A DNA stretch of 64,000 nt, from NCBI GenBank assembly GCA_027486495.1, contig JAIXOZ010000042.1:10226-74225 (forward strand), read 5' to 3'. This document shows, one piece after another, positions 1 through 7,630 of this stretch; within the stretch, counting starts at the first letter, position 1; every line of letters begins with the position of its first letter. The position numbers and the translations under genes were made by a program. Source of the stretch: Comamonadaceae bacterium (GTDB lineage: Bacteria; Pseudomonadota; Gammaproteobacteria; Burkholderiales; Burkholderiaceae_C). The notes under the pieces are model-generated. The model was not told the origin of the DNA. It searched no databases and worked only from the letters and a program-made list of their open reading frames with translations.

Positions 1-426
1 ACCTCGTCAGAAGAGGCTAAAACAGCCACTGCGCTTGTGAATGCACCCGAAGCCAACAACATCATCAGCCGCATCAATGGCCAACCGGTCATCTTGCTGC
101 AAGACAACCTGGACCGCTCGTGGCGGCGCACGGGCGTTGCCCTAGACCGCAGCGGCTTCACTGTGGAAGACCGCGACCGCACGGCCGGTGTTTACTTCGT
201 CCGTTACGTGGCCGCTGGCACCAGCCGCGACTCGACGGGCTTGCTCGGGCGCATGTTTGGCAGCAAAAAAGACACCCCTTCCACACTGACAAAATACCAA
301 ATTAGTCTCACAGCCTCAGGCGAAAATCAAAGTACGCTTCGCGTTTTGACGGCCACTGGTCAACCTGAGCCCTCGGCACAAGATGCCGAACGGATCTTGA
401 AATTGATTGCAACTGAGTTGCGGTAA
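1..426 (+). CDS. bamC: Outer membrane protein assembly factor BamC (NlpB-like), C-terminal part; the gene starts upstream of the window
   Basis: The frame is open from nt 1. The segment LDRSWRRTGVALDRSGFTVEDRDRTAGVYFVRY is typical of the BamC C-terminal domains. A strong terminator follows. Confidence 0.6.
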   Translation, partial: TSSEEAKTATALVNAPEANNIISRINGQPVILLQDNLDRSWRRTGVALDRSGFTVEDRDRTAGVYFVRYVAAGTSRDSTGLLGRMFGSKKDTPSTLTKYQISLTASGENQSTLRVLTATGQPEPSAQDAERILKLIATELR

Positions 427-442
427 TCCTGAACCAGCCAAC

Positions 443-472
443 AAAAAACCCCGCCAAGGCGGGGTTTTTTGT
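443..472. terminator. Bidirectional rho-independent terminator between convergent bamC and the small lipoprotein gene
   Basis: A-run 443-448, stem CCCCGCC (449-455), loop AA, stem GGCGGGG (458-464), T-run 465-470. Confidence 0.75.
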
Positions 473-511
473 TGCGAACCCAGCAGCAAGCGCTGGGTTC
501 TTTTCAAGCAA

Positions 512-736
512 TTAAGGCTTGGCTGGAGCGGCTGGAGCAGCGGCGGGTGTGGCAGCAGCGTCAGCAGCAGGTGCTGCGGCTGGAGCTGCAGCGGGTGTTG
601 CGTCAGCAGCAGGTGCTGCGGCTGGAGCTGCAGCGGCAGGTGCTGGAGCTGCAGGAGCTGCGGCTTCTTCTTTTTTACCGCAAGCGGACAAAGCAGCTGC
701 AGCGATGATGGCGGCCAGAACGAGGGACTTGTTCAT
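512..736 (-). CDS. Small Ala/Pro-rich lipoprotein (74 aa)
   Basis: ATG at 736 is preceded by AGGAAAA. Signal peptide MNKSLVLAAIIAAAALSAC carries the lipobox LSAC. The mature part is almost entirely A/P/T/D repeats. Confidence 0.6.
   Translation of the reverse strand: MNKSLVLAAIIAAAALSACGKKEEAAAPAAPAPAAAAPAAAPAADATPAAAPAAAPAADAAATPAAAPAAPAKP
559..636. repeat. Tandem direct repeat with 42-bp period inside the lipoprotein gene
   Basis: The 36-nt string CGTCAGCAGCAGGTGCTGCGGCTGGAGCTGCAGCGG occurs identically at 559-594 and 601-636. Confidence 0.8.
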
Positions 737-766
737 TTTGATTTTCCTAAGATGTGAATGAAAAAA

Positions 767-782
767 CAATTTCCGGAAATTG
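767..782. promoter_or_regulatory. Perfect 16-bp palindrome CAATTTCCGGAAATTG about 30 bp upstream of the lipoprotein start; candidate operator
   Basis: The self-complementarity was read directly. The regulatory role is inferred from position only. Confidence 0.3.
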
Positions 783-939
783 CCTCGACAACCTGATAAA
801 GCTGTCGAAACCGAGTCAAAAGCACTCGAGCTCTTTTGTACTCAGCCACAGATTATAGCGTTTTCCCTAGTCATCCCATTGAAAGCTTCCTGATGTCTTG
901 GATTTATTTGGTGCACGAAATGACACTTAGACATCAAAC

Positions 940-2061
940 TCAACAAGCTCGCAGCCATCCCGCGCTGGCCCAATCCTGCAAAGCCTCTTTTGCATCTGCA
1001 CTTAAAATTTTGTATTTTTGCGCAGAAATACCCCGATCATCGGCCAATTGACGCAAAACGATTGCATCACGCCCTCCGACTTTGAAGCTTTCTCCGTTGA
1101 TGAAGATGTGTTTGGCGTCGTACATCATTTTGGTGCGCCGATCGAGTTGCACACCCTCGCTTAAGTCGGACTCGGCTTGCGTGCTGTCAAACCAAACATG
1201 GGCTTTCGGCTCGCTCAGATACTCCCCCAGCAGGCTGTCAAGCAGCTGAGGATTTTCCAGCGCTTTCTCCACAACTTGCCGTGCAAAGCCTGCCAATGCT
1301 GTTGGAATGGCAGCAGGAGACGACACAGCAGCTTGTTGAGGATCGCGGTAAAGATCATCGCCCACACCTTCGAAAGACTCATCGGCCAAGCCTAGCAGCA
1401 ACTCACGCGCCAACTCACCAGCGCGCGGTGCCCGAAAACCCATTGACCAGGTCATGCATTCACCCTCGGCCACGCCGTCGTGGGCATATTTGGGCGGTAA
1501 ATACAGCATGTCGCCTGGGTTGAGCACGAACTCCTCTTCGGCTTCAAAGTTTCGCAAAATCTTGAGCGGCACGCCCGGCTGCAAGCTCAGGTCTTTGTTG
1601 CGGCCAATGCGCCAGCGGCGCTGGCCGTGCGCCTGAAGCAAAAACACGTCGTAGCTGTCAAAGTGTGGTCCCACACCACCGCCATCGGTGGCGTAACTGA
1701 TCATCACATCGTCCAGCCGAGCATCCGGCACAAAACGAAACTGCTGCATCAGTGCGTGCACACCGTCGTGGTGTAAATCCACACCTTGGACCAGAAAAGT
1801 CCACTTTTTTTGGCTTAAAGGCGGCAAGCTTCTCTTGGGCAATGGGCTGTGCTTCATCTTCCAGCCTTTGGGCGAATCCACGATCAAACGCGACTCCACG
1901 CCCTCCTCGCCCGCCAGTGCCACCAAGTCTGCGCGCCCCACGCAGGGGACAAATCCGGGGATGGCGTTGCGCACCAGCAAAGGCTTTTTTTGCCAATGGC
2001 GCTTCATGAATTGGCTGGGAGTCAGGCCGCCGAGCAGGGCCAAGGGTTGATCTGTGTTCAT
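940..2061 (-). CDS. roxA: Cupin-4/JmjC-type oxygenase, ribosomal protein uL16 arginine hydroxylase (RoxA/YcfD-like)
   Basis: 373 aa from the ATG at 2061. It has the double-stranded beta-helix motifs GVGPHFDSYDVFLLQAHGQRRW and YLPPKYAHDGVA and a winged-helix-like C-terminus. Confidence 0.7.
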   Translation of the reverse strand: MNTDQPLALLGGLTPSQFMKRHWQKKPLLVRNAIPGFVPCVGRADLVALAGEEGVESRLIVDSPKGWKMKHSPLPKRSLPPLSQKKWTFLVQGVDLHHDGVHALMQQFRFVPDARLDDVMISYATDGGGVGPHFDSYDVFLLQAHGQRRWRIGRNKDLSLQPGVPLKILRNFEAEEEFVLNPGDMLYLPPKYAHDGVAEGECMTWSMGFRAPRAGELARELLLGLADESFEGVGDDLYRDPQQAAVSSPAAIPTALAGFARQVVEKALENPQLLDSLLGEYLSEPKAHVWFDSTQAESDLSEGVQLDRRTKMMYDAKHIFINGESFKVGGRDAIVLRQLADDRGISAQKYKILSADAKEALQDWASAGWLRAC

Positions 2062-2147
2062 GGGGAGATCCGGTTGCGCAGGCAATAAGAACTGCGCTCA
2101 AAGACAAGGCGACCAAAAACTGGCCGCCAAACTGCGACAATTGTCCT

Positions 2148-2681
2148 ATGGAAATCAAGACACCTTCTGTGGTCGCACTGACCTGGACACTCAAAGACAC
2201 GCTGGGCGAAGTTCTGGACACTCTGGACGAACCCGTTGAATTTTTCATTGGCGGCCAGGACCTCCTGCCCAAGATCGAAGAAGCCCTGCAAGGCCACGAA
2301 AAAGGCGCCAAAGTCGACCTGCACCTGGAGCCCGAAGACGCCTTTGGCGACTTCAACGAAGAGCTGCTTTTCTTGGAGCCCCTGGCCCTCTTTCCCGAAG
2401 GACTCGAGCCTGGCCTCACCATCGAAGGCACCGCCTTGCCCGAAGGCTGCCACCCCGACGCACCACGCAACGTGCTCTACACCGTGACCGAAATCTACCC
2501 CGAGCATGTGGTGCTGGACGCCAACCACCCGCTGTCCGGCATTGCGCTGCGCTTGCACTTGAAAGTGGAATCGGTGCGCGAGCCTACCGAGGCTGAAGTG
2601 GGCAGCGGCAGTTGCGGAACCGGCTTTTTTAAAATCGAAATTGGCGACGAAGGTGCATCAACGAGGTCAACCTTACATTGA
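2148..2681 (+). CDS. slyD: FKBP-type peptidyl-prolyl cis-trans isomerase, SlyD-like
   Basis: VVALTWTLKD...EFFIGGQDLLPKIEEALQGHEKG...DANHPLSGIALRLHLKVESVREPTEAE matches the FKBP plus insert-in-flap layout of SlyD. Confidence 0.75.
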   Translation: MEIKTPSVVALTWTLKDTLGEVLDTLDEPVEFFIGGQDLLPKIEEALQGHEKGAKVDLHLEPEDAFGDFNEELLFLEPLALFPEGLEPGLTIEGTALPEGCHPDAPRNVLYTVTEIYPEHVVLDANHPLSGIALRLHLKVESVREPTEAEVGSGSCGTGFFKIEIGDEGASTRSTLH

Positions 2682-2718
2682 CTCTCTAAGCTTTTCGCAG
2701 GTGTTATTCGCCCAAACT

Positions 2719-3569
2719 TCAAAACAAAAAAGAGGACGAATCAAGATGCGTGCACGTTGATTTAGAGGCCAAATTCAACAAACTTGCCGCTTGGCGGTCG
2801 AGCCCTTGCCCGCCAAGACCTTGTTGATGCAAGTGCCGCAAACGCCTTGATCGCATGCTGAAGGCAAATCCACACCGGCGCAAACGCTCGATGCAGCTGC
2901 GAGGGACCGCACCCCACCCCAGTCGATGTTGAGGATGCGCTTTTTCCAGGTCCGACCACCGGATGGTGTTGGACTGATTCAACTGCACCTGCCATGTCCT
3001 CATTGAAAATCCAGCCTTGGCAGTCGAGGATTTTGTCGCTCAGCATCGCGTCTTCGGGCCCATACTGGTGCGAATCGCGCCAGTGGCACCCGTGGGAGGT
3101 TTCGTTTTCTGGCTTGATGAAGTCAACCACCACCTTAAAGGACTTGTGCTCAGGCGCTTGGCCAATAGCGCTTTGACGAGCGAGTGTGACAAATTACTTG
3201 CCCCATAGGCCGAACGCCCAAGGCATCCAATTCCTCCATGAACCAGGCCACGGACCCGGTACTGTTGATGAATACGGTTGACCACTTGATTCGAAAGAGT
3301 TGCACGGCGGGCGCGAGTGAGTTCTGCCTGTTATGCAAAGTCAGACCTAGGTGATGGTGCGAAATGCACGACTGCTCGTGCATCAAGGCCTCATTGCGGC
3401 ATGCCACTTGCTGGGCCCAAGCAACGGGTCGTTCTGGTCCAAACACAACCCCCGCCTCTTGTAGCAACACCCTACGCACACCTTGCTCGTCGGCCATCCT
3501 TGCTGCCAAGCCTTCCAGCGTGCCACGAAGGTCAATGGCATCGGCCAGATCGTGCACAGGGTAGTTCAA
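2719..3569 (-). pseudogene. Probable decayed, 5'-truncated PDR/VanB-type oxidoreductase (NAD-binding plus 2Fe-2S ferredoxin domains) spread over three minus frames
   Basis: An unlisted minus frame (stop at 2775-2777) reads AGVDLPSACDQGVCGTCINKVLAGKG, with C-x4-C-x2-C at 2829-2855. The frame of 2762..3133 reads SHQYGPEDAMLSDKILDCQGW, like the CGP...GW end of the NAD domain. ORF 3150..3569 reads VLLQEAGVVFGP and LTLHNRQNS, resembling degenerate GGIGITP and LhYxxR motifs. There is no room for the N-terminal FMN domain before the neighbouring gene. Confidence 0.35.
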
Positions 3570-3634
3570 TCCGCATAGCCAACTGGCAAAGCGTCGAGCA
3601 AACCTTCAAAGCCCAGTTGAATCAAGACGGTACC

Positions 3635-4495
3635 TCAGGAGTTGGCAGCCCACATGGGCCGAGACTTCAGATCTGGGTCTGGGCAGGCCATCGGGAAGGC
3701 CTGTGTTTGTGGGTTGATCTGACGCCAGACTTCATGACCCTGTGCGTACACACGGAACTCGCCCGTGCACAAGGCTTGCCAAGGCTCATCTCGCGTCAGC
3801 GGCTCGGTGGCCAGCAAAGTCATGGTGTCCCCTTCGGCATTGAGGGGTCCCAAATCAAGACTCATGTCGCGGTCCACCAGCTGCGCTTTGGGAAACGGGT
3901 GGTTCCGAGTCAGTTGGTGCAGGTGCGTCGAGCAGTGGACATACAGGGCTTGGCCATCGCTGAGCAGCATGTTCAAGTTGCCATGCGCAGCCAGCTTGCT
4001 GGTGAAATCGGCCAGCACGGGTGCCAGCTCGGGCCATTCGGGGGGCTGCAGGCGGTCTTTGAAGTGGCCGCGCAGGTGGCTCATGAGGGCGCAAAACGCG
4101 CGCTCGCTGTCGGTGCTGCCCACGGGCATGTCTTGGCAGCCCTGCGGCGGCTGGAAATCACGCAGGTCACCGTTGTGCGCAAACACCCAGGTGCGGCCCA
4201 GCCATTCGCGTTGAAACGGGTGGCAGTTGGCCGACTGCACATCCCCTTGCGTGGCTTTGCGTACATGCGCCACCACCACTTTGGATTTGATGGGGTGGCG
4301 CCTGACGTAATCGGCCAGGGGGGAATGGCTGGCTGGTTGGTCATCCTGAAACACCCGGCAGCCTTTGCCGTCATAAAAAGCGATGCCCCAGCCGTCGACG
4401 TGGTCCGAGGTCAGCCCCCCACGGGCCGAAAAACCGGTGAATGAAAAAGTGGTGGCTGCTGGCTTGTTGCAGCTCATGCCCATCAGTTGGCACAT
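3635..4495 (-). CDS. Class II (Ntn-type) glutamine amidotransferase, YafJ-like
   Basis: N-terminal MCQLMG supplies the catalytic Cys2. DGWGIAFY, HVRKATQG and FAHNGDL motifs are present. Confidence 0.85.
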   Translation of the reverse strand: MCQLMGMSCNKPAATTFSFTGFSARGGLTSDHVDGWGIAFYDGKGCRVFQDDQPASHSPLADYVRRHPIKSKVVVAHVRKATQGDVQSANCHPFQREWLGRTWVFAHNGDLRDFQPPQGCQDMPVGSTDSERAFCALMSHLRGHFKDRLQPPEWPELAPVLADFTSKLAAHGNLNMLLSDGQALYVHCSTHLHQLTRNHPFPKAQLVDRDMSLDLGPLNAEGDTMTLLATEPLTRDEPWQALCTGEFRVYAQGHEVWRQINPQTQAFPMACPDPDLKSRPMWAANS

Positions 4496-4504
4496 GCGCG
4501 CACC

Positions 4505-5194
4505 TCAGGACAGGCAAAAATCCACAGCGGCCATGGCGTGCAAGGCCGTGGTATCAAAGCCGGGTAAGCCTCCGTCGCCAGGCTGCAGGCTCATGGTCAG
4601 CTCGGTGCAGCCCAGAATGACGCCTTGCGCCCCTTGCTCGCCCAGCTGCTGCACCTGCGCGATCAGGTTTTGGCGTGAGGCGGCCAGCACCTCGCCCCGG
4701 CAAAGCTCTTCAAAAATGATTCGGTGCACCTCGGCACGCCCGGACTCCTCGGGCACCAGGCACTGGATGCCGCGTGCGGCCAGGTGGTCGCGCATGAAGG
4801 CTTGCTCCATGGTGAAGCGGGTGCCCAGCAAGCCCACTTGGTTCAAACCGGCGGCCAGCACGGCATCTGCGGTGGCATCGGCAATGTGCAGCAAAGGCAC
4901 GCCGGCGACCGCTTGCACCTGCGGCGCGATGCGGTGCATGGTGTTGGTGCAAATGAGCAAAGCCTCGGCCCCTGAGTGCTCCAACTGGCAGGCCGCGGTT
5001 TGCAAGATTTCGGTCATGCGCACCCAGTCGCCCTGCTTTTGCAGGTCGGCAATTTCCTGAAAATTCAGGCTGACCAGTTGCAGGGGGGCCGAGTGCAGTC
5101 CGCCCCGGCGTCGCGCCACCTCGCGGTTGATGTGTTGGTAATACAGGGCGGTGGACTCCCAGCTCATGCCACCGATCAGACCTATTTTTTTCAT
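4505..5194 (-). CDS. Aspartate/glutamate racemase family protein
   Basis: MKKIGLIGGMSWESTALYYQ...LLICTNTMH...GVILGCTEL carries the two catalytic Cys motifs. It lies 9 nt upstream of the amidotransferase, so an operon is likely. Confidence 0.85.
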   Translation of the reverse strand: MKKIGLIGGMSWESTALYYQHINREVARRRGGLHSAPLQLVSLNFQEIADLQKQGDWVRMTEILQTAACQLEHSGAEALLICTNTMHRIAPQVQAVAGVPLLHIADATADAVLAAGLNQVGLLGTRFTMEQAFMRDHLAARGIQCLVPEESGRAEVHRIIFEELCRGEVLAASRQNLIAQVQQLGEQGAQGVILGCTELTMSLQPGDGGLPGFDTTALHAMAAVDFCLS

Positions 5195-5307
5195 GCCATT
5201 CATCTTTGTCGATTGAATACAGAAGTTTGCCACCAAACAGACAGCATGAAATTGCTTTTTTTACCCCGAAATAGAGTTTTTTTGGAATGCTTTTCTACAA
5301 TCTGTCC

Positions 5308-5781
5308 ATGAAGCACAAACTCGATGCCATTGATCGGAAAATTCTTGACCTGTTGCAGGCTCGCAGCGACTGGCCCGTCAACGAGTTGGCCACCGCCGTC
5401 AACCTGACGCCCACGCCTTGCTGGCGGCGGGTGCAACGGCTCAAGGAGTTGGGCATTTTGGCCCGGCAAGTGGCCCTGGTAGACCGCCACCAAGTGAACC
5501 TGGGTGTGACGGTGTTCGTGTCGGTGCGCACACGCGAGCACGATGTGCCGTGGCTCGAAAAGTTTCGCGCCGCGGTGCACAGCATTGCCGAAATCGTGGA
5601 GGCCCACCGAATGAGCGGCGATGTGGACTACCTGCTCAAAGTGGTGGTACCCGACATTGCCGCTTATGACCTGGTCTACAAGCGGCTCATTCAGGCGGTA
5701 CCGCTGTCCGACGTGAGCTCCAGTTTCGCCATGGAAGAGCTCAAATTCACCACGGCGGTACCGCTCAGTTATGCGGCCTGA
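5308..5781 (+). CDS. Lrp/AsnC family transcriptional regulator
   Basis: KLDAIDRKILDLLQARSDWPVNELATAVNLTPTPCWRRVQRLKELGIL is the HTH, followed by an RAM/AsnC_trans_reg domain. It is divergent from the racemase operon. Confidence 0.9.
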   Translation: MKHKLDAIDRKILDLLQARSDWPVNELATAVNLTPTPCWRRVQRLKELGILARQVALVDRHQVNLGVTVFVSVRTREHDVPWLEKFRAAVHSIAEIVEAHRMSGDVDYLLKVVVPDIAAYDLVYKRLIQAVPLSDVSSSFAMEELKFTTAVPLSYAA

Positions 5782-6272
5782 GCGGAGCGGGACTGGCGGG
5801 CCACCCACAAGCCCAAAACAGCAAACAGCACAAAACACACGAAGGACCAATTGGCAATCGAGCCGCCCAAAAAGGTCCAATCGATCTTGCTGCAGTCACC
5901 GCTGCCTTTGAAGATCATGGGAATGGCGCGGTTGAGCGGGAAGTTCTCGACCATGCCATAGAAGTCGCGCCCGCAGTTGACTACCTCGGGAGGGTACCAC
6001 TGCAGCCAACTTTGGCGGGCGGCGGTGAAGGCACCAAAGCCCGCGGCGAGGGTCAAAAGCAGGCTGGAGGCAGCCAAGCCTATGCCACGCAAACGCCAGC
6101 CGATCAAAGCCAGCACCACCACGCCAATCAAAGCGTAGCGCTGCACGATGCACATGGGGCAGGGGTTCAGCCCGACCCCATGCTGCAAATACAAGCCGAA
6201 CACCAGCATGCCGATGCCTGACGAGGCCATCAACAGCATCCAGCGTTGGGAAGAAATAACAGACAGTTTCAT
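5769..6272 (-). CDS. dsbB: Disulfide bond formation protein B
   Basis: Four TM segments, a CPMC motif in the first periplasmic loop and a second Cys pair (NCG...GDC). Confidence 0.85.
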   Translation of the reverse strand: MKLSVISSQRWMLLMASSGIGMLVFGLYLQHGVGLNPCPMCIVQRYALIGVVVLALIGWRLRGIGLAASSLLLTLAAGFGAFTAARQSWLQWYPPEVVNCGRDFYGMVENFPLNRAIPMIFKGSGDCSKIDWTFLGGSIANWSFVCFVLFAVLGLWVARQSRSAQAA

Positions 6273-6355
6273 GGAGACTCTTCAAAACAAAGGGTCATTG
6301 TGCCCCCCGTGTTGGCACAGGTAGGAGTGAACGGTTTCACAAAGCCCAGCGGGCT

Positions 6356-7132
6356 TCAGGCCTCGGCAAATGCCCGCTCGATCACAAAAGCACCCGGTGT
6401 GCTGGTGTTGCCTTCTTTGAGGCCACGCTCTTCGCAAATGCGCTTGAGGTCTTTGAGCATTTCGGGCGAACCGCAAATCATGACGCGGTCGGTCTCGGGG
6501 TTGAGTGGGGGCAGACCCAAGTCGGCAAACAGCTTGCCGCTCTCCATGAGATCGGTCACGCGGCCCTGGTTTTTGTAAGGCTCGCGGGTCACTGTGGGGT
6601 AGTAGAGCAGCTGCTGGCTGACCATCTCGCCCAGAAACTCGTGGGCTGGCAACTCTTGGGTGATGTAGTCGTGGTAGGCCAGCTCGTTGACTTGGCGCAC
6701 GCCGTGCACCAGGATCACTTTTTCAAAGCGCTCATAAGTTTCGGGGTCACGGATGATGCTCATGAACGGGGCCAGACCGGTGCCGGTGCCCATGAGGTAC
6801 AGGTTTTTGCCGGGCAACAAATAGTCGCACAACAAAGTGCCCGTGGGTTTGCGGCCCACGATGATGGTGTCACCCACCTGGATGTGTTGCAGCTTGGAGG
6901 TCAAAGGGCCATCAGGGACCTTGATGCTCAAAAACTCCAAGTGCTCTTCGTAGTTGGCGCTGGCAATGGAATAAGCACGCAAAAGCGGTTTGCCGTTGTC
7001 GCCGCGCAGGCCGATCATGGTGAAGTGGCCATTCGAAAAGCGCAAGCCTTGGTCGCGGGTGGTGGTGAAGCTGAACAGGCGGTCGGTCCAGTGGTGAACG
7101 CTCAAAACGCGTTCTTCAAGAAATGCACTCAT
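6356..7132 (-). CDS. fpr: Ferredoxin-NADP+ reductase (plant-type, Fpr)
   Basis: RAYSIAS FAD motif, MGTGTGLAPF NADP motif, about 258 aa from the ATG at 7132. Confidence 0.85.
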   Translation of the reverse strand: MSAFLEERVLSVHHWTDRLFSFTTTRDQGLRFSNGHFTMIGLRGDNGKPLLRAYSIASANYEEHLEFLSIKVPDGPLTSKLQHIQVGDTIIVGRKPTGTLLCDYLLPGKNLYLMGTGTGLAPFMSIIRDPETYERFEKVILVHGVRQVNELAYHDYITQELPAHEFLGEMVSQQLLYYPTVTREPYKNQGRVTDLMESGKLFADLGLPPLNPETDRVMICGSPEMLKDLKRICEERGLKEGNTSTPGAFVIERAFAEA

Positions 7133-7267
7133 TTGGTATTGCTGTGTGTTGGGAGACAAGAGACCCAAAGCCCTGGGGGGATGCTGAAAGCTTGCTACAG
7201 TTATGGTCTGTCAGGCCACACGCAACGGGTCAACCCGCATTGTCGTGTGAACCGCTCCCAACTGGAA

Positions 7268-7290
7268 ATACGGAAATTCTATATCCGTAT
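7268..7290. promoter_or_regulatory. Inverted repeat ATACGGA-N9-TCCGTAT in the fpr/yggX divergent intergenic region
   Basis: The arms were read directly at 7268-7274 and 7284-7290. The repeat lies 41 bp upstream of the yggX ATG. Function is unknown. Confidence 0.2.
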
Positions 7291-7330
7291 AACCAGCGCT
7301 TCTTAAGATACATCAAGGCAAGACACCACC

Positions 7331-7606
7331 ATGGCACGCACCGTTCAATGCATCAAACTCGGCAAAGAAGCAGAGGGTCTGGATTTTCCGCCCTACCCCG
7401 GCGAGTTGGGCAAGCGCATCTGGGAGGGTGTGAGCAAGCAGGCCTGGGCCGACTGGCTCAAGCACCAGACCATGTTGGTCAATGAAAACCGCCTGAATTT
7501 GGCCGATCTGCGCGCCCGCCAGTACTTGGCACGCCAGATGGAAAACCATTTCTTTGGCGACGGCGCAGACGCCGCCCAGGGCTACGTGCCGCCTGCCGCC
7601 ACTTGA
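7331..7606 (+). CDS. yggX: Fe(2+)-trafficking protein YggX
   Basis: [40 protein letters not shown] is near-canonical YggX over 91 aa. Confidence 0.9.
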   Translation: MARTVQCIKLGKEAEGLDFPPYPGELGKRIWEGVSKQAWADWLKHQTMLVNENRLNLADLRARQYLARQMENHFFGDGADAAQGYVPPAAT

Positions 7607-7630
7607 GCTTTAAGAGTTGGGCGTTGGGCT

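Noticed and set aside
559-636. Possible CRISPR-like repeat
   Set aside because: There are only two repeat units, they lie inside a coding sequence with a 42-bp period, there are no spacers of unique sequence, and there are no cas genes. It is a coding tandem repeat.
407-761. Plus-strand Cys/Ser/Gly-rich and poly-Ala ORFs (407..757, 469..708, 519..761)
   Set aside because: They are reverse or off-frame readings of the GCN/CCN repeat that encodes the Ala/Pro lipoprotein on the minus strand. Only the minus frame has a start with an RBS, a signal peptide and a lipobox.
2600-2681. Possible frameshift at the SlyD C-terminus (no His/Cys-rich metal-binding tail)
   Set aside because: Tail length and composition vary widely among SlyD homologues. 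Alternative frames do not give a more convincing tail.
3150-3569. Reading of this ORF as the FCD ligand-binding domain of a GntR regulator (LRGTLEGLAARMA..., HHHLGL...N..L)
   Set aside because: There is no room or frame for the N-terminal winged-helix domain, and the match is weak. The PDR-type NAD-domain interpretation fits the downstream 2Fe-2S motif better, although neither reading is proven.
3317-4444. 375-aa plus-strand ORF
   Set aside because: It is antisense to the class II glutamine amidotransferase gene, whose Cys2 N-terminus and motifs are unambiguous. The ORF has shadow composition.
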